Shown piece after piece: positions 18,981 through 28,981 of a DNA stretch of 64,000 bases; position 1 is the first letter of the stretch; the number at the start of each line of letters is the position of its first letter. The notes beneath the pieces are model-generated. The model saw nothing but the letters and a program-made list of their open reading frames with translations. It was not told where the DNA came from and made no database searches. The stretch is from IMG/VR virus record IMGVR_UViG_3300025131_000006; one strand, 5' to 3'. Source of the stretch: a virus. A program made the translations under genes and the position numbers.

Positions 18981-19244
18981 TTATGTGCTCACTAAGGAAC
19001 GCATTTTTACCATGTCCACGTATTCGATGACGTTGAACTCGCGAGAGAGCCAAAAGCATTTCGTGGCTCTCTCCAGGTGGCGGCGTTCCCCGCTGTCATA
19101 GAATCTCTTCAGGCACGTATGAGCGTGTACCTCAAATTGACCCGCCAAGGTGTTGGCAAATGCCATCAGGTGGGATTCCGGACGGAGACCGTTTTCCCGG
19201 CACCACTCGTCAAACAATTGAAAGAACTCTCGTATTGATTCCAT
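18981..19244 (-). CDS. hypothetical protein
   Basis: Starts just after the methyltransferase stop; GGGAG RBS. Confidence 0.55.
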   Translation of the reverse strand: MESIREFFQLFDEWCRENGLRPESHLMAFANTLAGQFEVHAHTCLKRFYDSGERRHLERATKCFWLSREFNVIEYVDMVKMRSLVST

Positions 19245-19245
19245 C

Positions 19246-20391
19246 TTACGATCTCCCGTCCAAGATGTCTTGTACCAATTGGATTCGCTTGCCAATCCAA
19301 GCGACAACCGGAACGGTAAACCCGTTGCCGATGGCTTTGTATCGTCGTGAGTCGGGGCATTCCGACAGGTCTTTGCCTCGCCAAGGAATTTGTGTCCAAT
19401 TATCAGGCATTCCTTGCAGTCTTTCGCACTCGACAGGAGTGAGGCGCCGCACCACATAATTCTCAGGGCGGTCTCCCATGAGAACGGCGGGTTTGTTGTC
19501 TCCCATGGAAGACCGCAGCGTCGGAGCGTTTTCTCTCAAGTCTGTTGGACCAGCTTCTCTGGCGATGGAACCCGGCTCGAAACACATGGGCCTGGTTCCG
19601 TTGGGGGAGCGGAAGACAATGGGGGCCTCGTGCAAGCACGTCAGCGTGGGGGAGACCCCCGTGGCGATGCATGCAGAAGCTTGGCCATGTGCCATGACTA
19701 CGGGCTCTTCTTGTTCAAGGGAGCCAGGAGTCGAATCGGAGGCATCTTCACGTCCGCTGTCTTCTCTGGTTCGGCTATCGCCAACAAGGCGGCTTCTAGA
19801 CGAGGAGGTAGTTCTCTCTCTCGGATCTTCGCTCGTCGGAGTATTCCAGAGCATGCCTTGGGGCTCAAATAGTACCGCTGCGGCAGGCTTCCAATCTCCA
19901 AGGTGTCCAACAAGGAAGACTCGACGACGTCGTTGGGCGACTCCGAAAAATCGAGAGTCAAGAATTCTGTAGGCGAACCCATACCCGCACGCAAGAAGCT
20001 CTTCGAGGAATCTTGAAAAATCGCCTCCGGCGTTCGTGCTGAAAACGCCCGGAACGTTCTCCCATACGATCCACCTTGCCCCAAGTGATCGGGCAAGTCG
20101 CACATGTGACAGTGCCAGTGAACCACGCTCATCAACCATCCCCTCTCGCTTACCGGCAATGGAGTAGCTTTGGCAGGGTGTGCCACCGACAACAAGCTCA
20201 ACTGTAGGGGTCTTCCACTCATCAGGGTTTACCTTTGTGAAGTCGCCAACGTTCGGGGTGTCAGGGAAGCGATAGGCCAACAGGGCGGACGGAAAAGGGT
20301 CTATCTCGGAGAAGAACCGACATGTCCATCCCAAAGGTTCCCATGCCAGGTGCTCGGAGCCGACACCGGAGCAGATCGAAACGTAGTGCAT
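19246..20391 (-). CDS. DNA (cytosine-5)-methyltransferase
   Basis: Motifs I SICSGVGS, IV GGTPCQ, VI ENVPG, VIII QRRRRVF, IX RRLTPVECERLQG, X YKAIGNG. Confidence 0.93.
   Translation of the reverse strand: MHYVSICSGVGSEHLAWEPLGWTCRFFSEIDPFPSALLAYRFPDTPNVGDFTKVNPDEWKTPTVELVVGGTPCQSYSIAGKREGMVDERGSLALSHVRLARSLGARWIVWENVPGVFSTNAGGDFSRFLEELLACGYGFAYRILDSRFFGVAQRRRRVFLVGHLGDWKPAAAVLFEPQGMLWNTPTSEDPRERTTSSSRSRLVGDSRTREDSGREDASDSTPGSLEQEEPVVMAHGQASACIATGVSPTLTCLHEAPIVFRSPNGTRPMCFEPGSIAREAGPTDLRENAPTLRSSMGDNKPAVLMGDRPENYVVRRLTPVECERLQGMPDNWTQIPWRGKDLSECPDSRRYKAIGNGFTVPVVAWIGKRIQLVQDILDGRS
19698..20222 (-). CDS. nested alternative-frame protein resembling the beta subunit of EcoHK31I-type C5 methyltransferases
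   Basis: SSLLDTLEIGSLPQRYYLSPKACSGILRRAKIRERELPPRLEAAL, wholly inside the MTase gene in another frame. Confidence 0.7.
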   Translation of the reverse strand: MSGRPLQLSLLSVAHPAKATPLPVSERGWLMSVVHWHCHMCDLPDHLGQGGSYGRTFRAFSARTPEAIFQDSSKSFLRAGMGSPTEFLTLDFSESPNDVVESSLLDTLEIGSLPQRYYLSPKACSGILRRAKIRERELPPRLEAALLAIAEPEKTADVKMPPIRLLAPLNKKSP

Positions 20392-20436
20392 GAAATGTAT
20401 TTCGCAAATAAAATTACGTGTCTCGACCCGGCCCAA

Positions 20437-20451
20437 GTTTAGTGGTTAAAC
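20437..20451. repeat. palindrome copy 8 (2 mismatches)
   Basis: GTTTAGTGGTTAAAC upstream of the methyltransferase. Confidence 0.6.
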
Positions 20452-21120
20452 ATGAAACCTTTTTGGGGGAGACACATAGATCATTTTGTCAAAATGGATC
20501 GTGTTAGATGGGGTAAATGGACCCCATGATGATCCGGGCGGTTGTTTGTCCTTGTGGAGAATCATCGTCTCTTTTGCAAGAAAAGTCCAGGGCCATTCGC
20601 TCTCGACAACCAGGATTATGTTTCCTGCGTGACACCACAAGTTTATAACGTGGCCGTTGGGGGGAGAATAGAACTCGATGGTGCGGTGAAACATGTTGTC
20701 GCTCATGGGAAAGGACGGGTTCATAGAGACGGCGTGTTGTGTGTGGATTGTGTGTGGGGCTTCGCCGGGCTCCTGTAGGATGTCTTTCGCTTCCATGTAT
20801 CGAGCGATGACAAGCAAGTCCATTCTGATCTTTCCCAAGAGGTGCTTGGGGTACCGAACGCCGAGCTTGCAAACGACAAGTTCGGCGGTGTCTGCAATGT
20901 GCAGGCTTGGAATGTATGCGGCAGGGGCTACCCAAAAGAGAGGCAGGTTATGCGTCATTCTGACAGCGGTTATCGCTTGCTCAAGCTCAGATTTGTCTCT
21001 CTGGTTATAGGGAGGTATTTTATTGATGTCGTTCAAGAGAGCTTCGATTCTGTCTTGTGAAATAATCCATTGCATGTCAAACCTCCCATGCGTGTCACAG
21101 TGATAATCGCAGTATAGCAT
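20446..21120 (-). CDS. hypothetical protein
   Basis: 224-aa ORF. Confidence 0.65.
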   Translation of the reverse strand: MLYCDYHCDTHGRFDMQWIISQDRIEALLNDINKIPPYNQRDKSELEQAITAVRMTHNLPLFWVAPAAYIPSLHIADTAELVVCKLGVRYPKHLLGKIRMDLLVIARYMEAKDILQEPGEAPHTIHTQHAVSMNPSFPMSDNMFHRTIEFYSPPNGHVINLWCHAGNIILVVESEWPWTFLAKETMILHKDKQPPGSSWGPFTPSNTIHFDKMIYVSPPKRFHV

Positions 21121-21194
21121 GAGTGATTTGATGTCCTGGATCGCATCTGATCATGATCAGACGAGTTTCTTGACAAAGATTTCAAGGAGTGAAA

Positions 21195-21209
21195 GTTCAG
21201 TCACTAAAC
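21195..21209. repeat. palindrome copy 9
   Basis: GTTCAGTCACTAAAC. Confidence 0.9.
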
Positions 21210-21352
21210 TCAGGAGTATGTAATGGATTTTTTTTGATCTAACAAAACCCCCTGCGATCTCACATTAGAGATCCCTAGTCTTTCTCGTAGGTTAGATATG
21301 GTGTTGTTGAGATCGCTGTGAGATACACCCCCGATATTATAGCCAAGCTATG

Positions 21353-21805
21353 CTATCGAATCGACGATAGATCACGTTCAATTTTGGCGTCGATTTTGAT
21401 ATTGGTCATCCGACGCTCAGACCATGCGACGATGCTGATCATGCCCGACACAAAGTCTTGGGCTCTCGATGCACACGTGGCAGCATCTGTCATAGGGAGT
21501 CCGGAGTATTCAACCAACATGAACAAGATCTTTTTCAATCTTGTCTTGTAGGACGACAGGCTTGTTCCGACTATTTTCAGAGAAGGGTCTCCCATGCGGC
21601 AGATGATGTTGAACATCCACTTGGTGACACGAAAGAGGTCTTCTCCGAGCCATTCGGGCTGGTCCTGCATGTCGGGTGGGGCAATTGCGTCCAAGATCCA
21701 TAAGGCTTCTTTTCGACACTCTAGAAGCACCTCATAAGCCTTTCGACGATTGCCATTGAGCTTGGAAGAGATCTCGGATTTGGACAGAGCAACGAATACA
21801 GTCAT
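21353..21805 (-). CDS. hypothetical protein
   Basis: ATG just after the upstream stop. Confidence 0.6.
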   Translation of the reverse strand: MTVFVALSKSEISSKLNGNRRKAYEVLLECRKEALWILDAIAPPDMQDQPEWLGEDLFRVTKWMFNIICRMGDPSLKIVGTSLSSYKTRLKKILFMLVEYSGLPMTDAATCASRAQDFVSGMISIVAWSERRMTNIKIDAKIERDLSSIR

Positions 21806-21810
21806 AGGGA

Positions 21811-22206
21811 TCACCGCAGGAAGGTGGGAGTGGGGAGGGAAAACTTCTCGCAGAACTGCAAGAGTTGGCCCCACGTGGTGCGTCGGTGCCCACCGGGTGT
21901 GCGGTGCCCCTTGAGCTTCCCGTCGTCCATCCACGTGAGGACGGCAGAGGCGGAAACACTCAGGGCTTTTGCGACCTCGTGCGTGGTCATGGAGATGTCG
22001 TGGGAGGTCTCGGGGTTCTTTAGCTCGTGGAGTTCGGTTTCCAATGCGAGTGCGGCAGTGGCGATCTCTTCGAGTTTTTCTTCAAAGGTCTTGACATGCG
22101 TGGGCGGATCGTCATTTCCTGCGTGACAGGAAAAGCCGTCGCGGACCAATCTGAGTCGTCGGATGTTTCTGATTCTGTTAGCGAGGGACATGTTTCTTGT
22201 CTCCAT
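21811..22206 (-). CDS. excisionase/MerR-like HTH (HTH_17) DNA-binding protein
   Basis: MTTHEVAKALSVSASAVLTWMDDGKLKGHRTPGGHRR. Confidence 0.8.
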   Translation of the reverse strand: METRNMSLANRIRNIRRLRLVRDGFSCHAGNDDPPTHVKTFEEKLEEIATAALALETELHELKNPETSHDISMTTHEVAKALSVSASAVLTWMDDGKLKGHRTPGGHRRTTWGQLLQFCEKFSLPTPTFLR

Positions 22207-22212
22207 TGCGAG

Positions 22213-22482
22213 TTACTTGCGACCGCAACGGTCGTAAAATTCGTGGACGTCGATGCGGACTTGGGTTTCTACAAGCTCGTACTCTACGATGTCAGCTTCC
22301 GCATAGGGGTTGTCTCCGGAGCTATGTAAGAGGGAAGGCACGGCGATGGTGAGGTGAGACTTAAGAGATCGCTCTGTCCATATCTTCCCTGTCCTGCTAG
22401 ACCATCGAGGACGGGAACCTCCCATCGAAAACTTCTTTGTGGTCCTGTGTTGTATGCGGTATCTCTTGTTTGATGCAGGCAT
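22213..22482 (-). CDS. conserved phage hypothetical protein
   Basis: FSMGG..PRWS..GKIW...LKSHL pattern; CAGGAG RBS. Confidence 0.65.
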   Translation of the reverse strand: MPASNKRYRIQHRTTKKFSMGGSRPRWSSRTGKIWTERSLKSHLTIAVPSLLHSSGDNPYAEADIVEYELVETQVRIDVHEFYDRCGRK

Positions 22483-22571
22483 CTTTTCTCCTGGTTGTAC
22501 GAGTCCATACTCAGATATATATCCAAGTAATCGATGTATTTGGACTTGGTGAAGAAAAATAAAGGCGTCTG

Positions 22572-23252
22572 CTAGGGTCCGAGACGGAGCCAGGTGGGGG
22601 CATTTCGTTGAGAGGAGGCTACGGAGATCAGCCAATCAGCGGTTTCAATGTACCGTCGAGCACACCATTCTTCGATGGGGCTACAGGGGGAGGTGCCGAG
22701 TTTGACTCCCTTCTCGCGGAATCGGGGCTCCAGTCGTTTCCGGACTCTCTCGCATTGATACGTGTTTCCCATAAGGGATTGTTCCGCCATGAAGCTCGCG
22801 ACAGACATGTCGTCTGCCAACTTCATCAGCGTGTGTTCGGGAGAGTCTTTCTCGTAGACTGCTGAGCAGACCCAATCGACCAGAGAAGGGGGCAGGTGTT
22901 CGGCGGCGACGTTCGCCTCCCAAAGGGCGACCTCACCGTCTTTCCACAAGTTCTCTAACGTGAGGTCTCTCTTCTTGATAGAGCGATTGATGTCTCCGGT
23001 CAGGGCTTCGGGCAGATCATGGGTAACAGCCAACCCCATGAGTTTGTAGAAGTCGATCTCTTCGGCGAGGTCGGGGTCGGTCTCTTTCATCCACTCATAT
23101 AAGCAGAACGTGTACAAGCAAACCCAATACGAGTGATCGGATACCGTCTCCTTTGTCATCACATAGGGATTGTATCGGGTCGCGTGGGCCAATCCTCGAA
23201 CGTTTCCGTTCAGCAGATTTCGTGTGCGGGTCGCAGCAAGATCGTAGTGCAT
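22572..23252 (-). CDS. HD-domain 5'-deoxynucleotidase (YfbR/DatZ-like)
   Basis: ETVSDHS...HDLPEALTGDI...KLADD. Confidence 0.85.
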   Translation of the reverse strand: MHYDLAATRTRNLLNGNVRGLAHATRYNPYVMTKETVSDHSYWVCLYTFCLYEWMKETDPDLAEEIDFYKLMGLAVTHDLPEALTGDINRSIKKRDLTLENLWKDGEVALWEANVAAEHLPPSLVDWVCSAVYEKDSPEHTLMKLADDMSVASFMAEQSLMGNTYQCERVRKRLEPRFREKGVKLGTSPCSPIEEWCARRYIETADWLISVASSQRNAPTWLRLGP

Positions 23253-23267
23253 GGTCTGTCTCCTGGT

Positions 23268-23660
23268 TTACCATTCAGATTTTTTTCTGCGGTCAGCTTC
23301 TTTGGTCGCTAAGGTCTCATTTTTCAGCTTCATTGACTCGGTCCTGTCCTGCACGGGGATTGTGACGAAATAATCCTCTTCCGGTATACCACATGTCTTT
23401 TTCCATGCTCTTATCTGAGCGGCTGTATCCGTGTGAGGTGCGTACCTGTGAATAACAGATAATTCGTCAACGCACGGCAATAACTGTGGATAAGCGAATA
23501 CGATTTTCTGGATTGCTATGTATCTTGCTGCGTCAAGTGTTGCATGGGGGCCTGCCAAGAATCGTATCGCGGCGGCTTGAGTTGATGGACCAGAAAACAT
23601 GTTGGGACTTTTGAATAGAATGCCCAGGACCGTGCGGAAATCGACTTTATATCGGAACAT
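23268..23660 (-). CDS. hypothetical protein with C-terminal tag LATKEADRRKKSEW*
   Basis: 130-aa ORF. Confidence 0.7.
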   Translation of the reverse strand: MFRYKVDFRTVLGILFKSPNMFSGPSTQAAAIRFLAGPHATLDAARYIAIQKIVFAYPQLLPCVDELSVIHRYAPHTDTAAQIRAWKKTCGIPEEDYFVTIPVQDRTESMKLKNETLATKEADRRKKSEW

Positions 23661-23702
23661 GGCGTTTTTCCGGAGATTCTAGAGGGCTTTCTGTCTCTGT
23701 GT

Positions 23703-23717
23703 GTTCAGTCACTGAAC
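23703..23717. repeat. palindrome copy 10
   Basis: GTTCAGTCACTGAAC. Confidence 0.9.
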
Positions 23718-23905
23718 TTTTAATGGGTCTGTGCGGGTCTTGTTTCTGACCAGAATCGCCACGGATCTGATCGGCGACTTCCAATAGGAACCCCGCGTCT
23801 CCGTATGAGGTGCACAACTGCTCGTCTATTGGGAACTCAGGAGGAGTGTGTTTTGTTGCTTTCATCGGCACCTCATACGGAGACATGGAGAAGAGGGCTT
23901 GAGGT

Positions 23906-24377
23906 TTACTCGCTCAGGAGTCGTCCTTTCCCGGCGTACGCGGCAGTCGTGGCGGCGAACTTCGAACGCCACGACCACTCGTTCTTGACCCATTTGCGGA
24001 ACTGCGAGAACGAGATGGAGACTTTATCTTCGACGCTCATTTCGAGCATTTCGATCACGGTGTCGTATTCGTTCACGTGGGATTGGGGGGCGTGGAGATC
24101 GTTCCAGATATTGGAGGCGGAGAATTTTCTGGGGTCTGCTTCGTCGGTGCTGTTGGGAAAGTCGATGCTTTGAGCGGCAATGGCGATCGTTCCGCCCGGC
24201 AGCTTGGAGAGAGCAACCAGAGTTTGTTCCACTCGCTCGGCGGTCTCGACGATATAGCCGTCGAGGGCTTCTTGGTACTCTTTTCTGTGAGCTTCGCGGG
24301 ACTCTTTGAGCTTCGCGGGACTCTTTGAGCTTCGCGATCAGTTCTTCTCGTTTGACAGTGACAGTTTCTTTGTTCAT
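23906..24377 (-). pseudogene. phage hypothetical gene frameshifted by a 19-bp tandem duplication (24288-24336)
   Basis: Deleting one TGAGCTTCGCGGGACTCTT unit joins MNKETV...KESREA to HRKEYQEALDGY...VEQTL in one 150-aa ORF. Confidence 0.8.
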
Positions 24378-24412
24378 CAAGTTCTCCTGGTTGTGAATGG
24401 GGGTAAGCGAAG

Positions 24413-24643
24413 TCAGTCTTCGTCTACTCCAATGTATTGGATGAGTTCTCTTTCTGCATCGTAGAGTTGGGTTTGAAGCAGGTTGCATCGTTGCTTCTGC
24501 TGATGAAGCTGCTCTTCCAATCGGTTGATGTAGGCGAAGATCTCGTCCAACTCGGCGTTACACAGGGCCTCTCCTGTAACGTGTCTTTGACGCAACTGAG
24601 AGATCCTGTGTTCTTCTTGTAATCGTTGGTAGTGATCAGGCAT
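24413..24643 (-). CDS. small coiled-coil protein
   Basis: Heptad-rich ORF. Confidence 0.55.
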   Translation of the reverse strand: MPDHYQRLQEEHRISQLRQRHVTGEALCNAELDEIFAYINRLEEQLHQQKQRCNLLQTQLYDAERELIQYIGVDED

Positions 24644-24646
24644 GTG

Positions 24647-24907
24647 TTATTCGGGTGGATGGAGTCGTTTCGCGGCGTTCTTTGCCCACAGTGCGAGCCA
24701 CCCATTCGTGAATTGGGCATCGTTGATGCTCTCTACTTGAGACACCAAAATTTCGAGACTCCCGACAGGGAGGTGATCGCGGGCGAGCAAGTACAGCAAG
24801 GACACCCATCGGTCACGAGAGCTTTGCGACCCGGAGGCTTCTCGCATCCTCCTGTTTATTCTGTTATTGGGAGAGACAATAGATCCAGATGATTCGGTGG
24901 TCTTCAT
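24647..24907 (-). CDS. hypothetical protein
   Basis: ATGA-coupled ORF. Confidence 0.55.
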   Translation of the reverse strand: MKTTESSGSIVSPNNRINRRMREASGSQSSRDRWVSLLYLLARDHLPVGSLEILVSQVESINDAQFTNGWLALWAKNAAKRLHPPE

Positions 24908-25063
24908 GTTCCCGACAGGTCTTTAAGGGCGGTCTCTGTTATATAGCGAAGTTGGTCGGACAAGACCAGGCATTCATCGGGGATCAATAGTTTTTTTCTG
25001 TCCATGGGGTCACCTTTTGGCTTGAGTGAGTGGGTTGCCCATAGATATAAGCGAGGAAAGAGA

Positions 25064-25675
25064 CTATTGAGACTGTGCAGGCTCGTTTTTTTCGGGGATA
25101 CAGTTTCGGCATCGTGCCTCATATGACTCGCTATCACCAATCAAGATCAGTTCCGAGTTCTCCACTGTCCGATAAGTGTGGGAGGCAGGGAGTCCGCATG
25201 TCTGGCATATGGCAGTGAGCTTGGTGACGTGGTCGGCCAAGCACAGTACTTGGGCAGCTTGTCCAAATGGATCGCCAAAGCAGTCTCGCTCCAATACAGC
25301 GATATACACAAGAATCTTTCTCTTCAGGAGATAGTGAATCACCGGCATAATGTCTCCGCCGAAGAATTGAGCCTCGTCCATACCGACGACGTGGGTGTCG
25401 GATTGGATGCAAGAAGGCAGGTCGGAGATCTTATTTAATGTAATGGCCGGAAAGCTGGCGCCGGAGCGCGAAACAATGGCCTCAGAGGGCTCGCGTGTGT
25501 CGAGCGCGGGTCGAAAAGCAGATACCCTGTTTGGACCATATCGATAAATGGCTTTTCGCAGGCGACCGATCAATTCGTCGCTTTTTGCGGAAAACATGGG
25601 TCCGGAGATGACTTCAAGCCACCCTTGTGGAGGGGGTTGGACGGCAAAAGATTGGGCTGGTCGGGATTGCGTCAT
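25064..25675 (-). CDS. tdk: thymidine kinase
   Basis: GPMFSAKS P-loop, DEAQF, KLTAICQTCG, IGDSESYEARCRNC. Confidence 0.95.
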   Translation of the reverse strand: MTQSRPAQSFAVQPPPQGWLEVISGPMFSAKSDELIGRLRKAIYRYGPNRVSAFRPALDTREPSEAIVSRSGASFPAITLNKISDLPSCIQSDTHVVGMDEAQFFGGDIMPVIHYLLKRKILVYIAVLERDCFGDPFGQAAQVLCLADHVTKLTAICQTCGLPASHTYRTVENSELILIGDSESYEARCRNCIPEKNEPAQSQ

Positions 25676-25753
25676 GGTGGCCTCACCAATACAATGGTTT
25701 TGGGTTCAGATGGTCGAGTCCTGCTATCGTATCACACACGCAGGAGTGCCGAA

Positions 25754-26488
25754 ATGGGGAAATACGGAGTCACACGAGAAGAATGGGTTGATGCTTTGCG
25801 ACATGTCCAGGCTTTGGGAAAGCAGCAGTGGAAGTCACAGATCGAATATGAATTGATGGGTGATCGCATGGATCACGGATGCCCTCCTCCCTTAGAGGAC
25901 TACCAAGACCGTTTTGAGATCAAGCAGGGGTCGGAATCCGGGGTGACAACGAACACCACGTGGAACGGGGAGCGCGTCTTATGGGCGTATCCGGCTGTGT
26001 GGAAAGGAAGTGCCAACGCCAAAGAGCGTGTTGTCACGTCAGAGTCTCGCATCCCGACGGCTTGCGGCGGTGTCATGATGTGGGCCATTATCCACGCCCT
26101 CAAAGAATTGGGCCTGGAAGAGGAGATCCCACGCAGCGACATCGAGACAATGAAACGGCTTGGCCTGCAAGACAAGGACGGCATCGCAGCAGCTTTTGTT
26201 GAGTTGGGGTGGGCTCCCAAGATCATCCGAGACGTATCGGCTATCCGAGAAGGTGATGTTCTGTGCTTGGGGTACTTTGGGGAGTCGGGTGGTTCGTTTC
26301 ATCATTGGTGTATTGCACGAGAAAAGCCTCACCAAGGCATCGAGGGAAAGCCTGTGTTGTGGACGTGGGGTAGTTCTCCAGACGCGGGAGGGTATGGCCC
26401 CGATTGGTACTCCAAGAACCGAACGAGAACGATCGACGGGGAAGAGCGAACCCGTATGTTTGTGGCGGCGAGTCCTTTCTCCGATTAG
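25754..26488 (+). CDS. hypothetical protein, possible papain-like (Cys-His) peptidase/amidase
   Basis: CAGGAG RBS; TACGG and EGDVL...HHW motifs; function is a weak inference. Confidence 0.6.
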   Translation: MGKYGVTREEWVDALRHVQALGKQQWKSQIEYELMGDRMDHGCPPPLEDYQDRFEIKQGSESGVTTNTTWNGERVLWAYPAVWKGSANAKERVVTSESRIPTACGGVMMWAIIHALKELGLEEEIPRSDIETMKRLGLQDKDGIAAAFVELGWAPKIIRDVSAIREGDVLCLGYFGESGGSFHHWCIAREKPHQGIEGKPVLWTWGSSPDAGGYGPDWYSKNRTRTIDGEERTRMFVAASPFSD

Positions 26489-26490
26489 TC

Positions 26491-27069
26491 TTACCAATCG
26501 GATGCTTCTTTCCGGTCTTTCTCAATCTTCGCCAGTTTTTCTATCTCGGCTTCGCGAAAAGGGTCTATCACTTGGAGTTCTCCAAAGGGTCGGTGGACTT
26601 TCACGGTAACGGCAGAGGATGGAACGGATACTCTGCTTCCTATTCGCAGGAAGAGTAATTCTGACTCGTCAACAGTGAAGGGCACGGGTGTCGTACAGAT
26701 CCACATGGTGGACCCATATTTCTCACCTCTTTTGACCACTATTATGTGTCCTGAGACTGTCTGATGCCCAACTATATTCCCTGTTCTTTCTAGGACAAAC
26801 GGGAGCTTCTTGCTCCCGTTGTCAATCACCTTGTAGGTTCCGACATTTTTATCTGGCACTGATTTTGAGTGGACAACGAGGACGGTGTCTCCATTGCTCA
26901 GTTCAAAGTTGTCAGATGCGTGCAGCGGTATGGTTCCTGGTTCAACCCCAATGAGTCGGTTGGGGTCTCCTCCGTGGATGAACGTTAGCTTGTCGAGGTG
27001 GACGATTGAATAGGCGGTGTCCATGTGGGAGATTGTCGTATCCAATTTCTTTGCGAGTATGTCTGCCAT
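26491..27069 (-). CDS. hypothetical beta-rich protein with C-terminal tag LAKIEKDRKEASDW*
   Basis: 192-aa ORF. Confidence 0.75.
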   Translation of the reverse strand: MADILAKKLDTTISHMDTAYSIVHLDKLTFIHGGDPNRLIGVEPGTIPLHASDNFELSNGDTVLVVHSKSVPDKNVGTYKVIDNGSKKLPFVLERTGNIVGHQTVSGHIIVVKRGEKYGSTMWICTTPVPFTVDESELLFLRIGSRVSVPSSAVTVKVHRPFGELQVIDPFREAEIEKLAKIEKDRKEASDW

Positions 27070-27082
27070 GTCTCTTTGGTTC

Positions 27083-27097
27083 GTTCAGTCACTGAAC
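27083..27097. repeat. palindrome copy 11
   Basis: GTTCAGTCACTGAAC in a 30-bp intergenic gap. Confidence 0.9.
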
Positions 27098-27099
27098 TT

Positions 27100-27957
27100 T
27101 CACTGAGGTGGTGAGATCTCATCGGAACTATTGTTGCTGAGATTTTCGTCTTCGTCCATCCATAGTTTCCATTGGGTGTCGTTCATGGAGGTGTCGGCTT
27201 GCACCATTGCCCGGTGTGCGATCTTCACAGTGAGGGCCTTGGCATCTTGAAAAGTCAGCTTTTCGTTTTGGTCATTCATCCACATGGACTTCAATTCATC
27301 CAAGGAAGCCCAAAGTTCACCGTCGATGACTTGCTCTCCCAGGTAGCGTTTGTATCCAGAGACCCAATAGTGGACATGGACCGATGGGTCTTCAATAGAC
27401 CACACTCCCCATATCCAATGCTCGCCATTGTCTCCGGGAACGTTCAGGTGGGACACGAGAGAGCCTTGGTTTTGGGAGACCAGTGCGATTGCGTCGAAGT
27501 CGTTGTGGATCGCGATAAGCTCGCGGAGGTCGTTCAAGAGGTTATATACGATCGTGGAGGGGCTGTATGGCCCGCCGTCGAGCAAAGCCCTTTGTTCATC
27601 GTGAATCGCGAGTAGCTGCTCCAATAGGAGGTCTACAGCTCCATACATCTTGTGCACGGACTTGGCCACGTTGAGCATAACCCGACCTGTATTGGCGATT
27701 AGCTCTGCTGCGACAGGATAGCGATGACTGACTCGACCGACAATAGATCCGTCTCCCCCTAGCACGATCAGGTCTCTGCCATCAGGAGGTGCCAAGGACT
27801 CTCCTGCCTGCATCAGTTCTAATTGGGATGCGACTGTCCAGGGAAGAGGGGGGTCCATGCTCGCTACTTGGTCCAATATCTGTAGTGCGAGTTCTTCTAC
27901 TTGTAATTCGTCATCTGCGTACTCTTCTGTTGCTTCTGCTGTGGGGTCGATTGACAT
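27100..27957 (-). CDS. hypothetical protein
   Basis: 285-aa ORF with CAGGAG RBS. Confidence 0.75.
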   Translation of the reverse strand: MSIDPTAEATEEYADDELQVEELALQILDQVASMDPPLPWTVASQLELMQAGESLAPPDGRDLIVLGGDGSIVGRVSHRYPVAAELIANTGRVMLNVAKSVHKMYGAVDLLLEQLLAIHDEQRALLDGGPYSPSTIVYNLLNDLRELIAIHNDFDAIALVSQNQGSLVSHLNVPGDNGEHWIWGVWSIEDPSVHVHYWVSGYKRYLGEQVIDGELWASLDELKSMWMNDQNEKLTFQDAKALTVKIAHRAMVQADTSMNDTQWKLWMDEDENLSNNSSDEISPPQ

Positions 27958-28981
27958 GATGGTCTCCTGTGAGGGGGATGGAGAGGGGTTCTGTGTGATG
28001 TTTCTGTAGATGGTTTGATTTGTTCTGTGTGTGTAAGATGCAGTTCCCCCCTTTTGGGCGTCAAGGGGAGCGCGACGCGCGAGGGAACGAAGAGACCGAG
28101 AGAGGGTGTGACCCGCGAGAGCCCGTTGGAGCGAATGCGACCGGAGGGTTCCCGTGTTATTCAGAGAGAAGCGAGAGAGGATCGCGTCGGTGTGGGTCGG
28201 GTATAAAAAGATCGGGTGGATCTTTTGGGGTATGTCGGTGTGTTTCGTTTTTGGTTGTTATGACGCACGGGTTGTGAAGATGGGGTTGTGGTGTGTGGGT
28301 GTGCGTTATAACGTTCGCGGTGGTGCTGTGTGTGTAATTGAATTTCGGCAAGTGGTATCGGATGACCGAGAGTCTGGATTTGTGTAACAAGTGGATCTTG
28401 TTTTGACGACCAGACACAGAAGAAACGAAGAAAGAAACTGGGGTTCCGATGGTAGATGCACGTGGACGTGGTGTCGTGTGTGAATCGTGCTTGCGTTCCG
28501 ACAATATTGTGGTGAGTCCCGTGTGTGTTTCCAGTGTTAAACCGATGAGGCGCCGTTCTCTGCGCGAGGGTCTGCATGGGTGTGGGTGTGGAGTGGGGTG
28601 TTGGGGGTTGCGATGGTGTCGCGTTGTGTGGGGTGTGGATGAGGTGGGTGAGATGCAGTCTCGTGGTCATTGAGAAGCGGGAGGCTCGGTTCTCCGGGGG
28701 CATGGCTTCGTTTTGCGGGAGCCTGGAGAGCACGCGGGGTGGGCCAATCTTTGCCCGACCAGCGAGTAACCGTACCAAACGTTGCGGTGCCGAAGTCCCA
28801 TTCGGCTGCGATTTTTGGTGCGTGGATGTGTTACGTGCGGGTTTGTTTCCTCTGGCGGCTGGTGTTGCCTGGAAACATGTTCCTTGGGATTGTGTGTTGT
28901 GGCGGTTGCCAGCGGTGGTGTGGTGGTGTGGTGTGTTGTGGATGCAGTTGCATGTGTGGGGGTGGCATACGGTGTCTTGGA

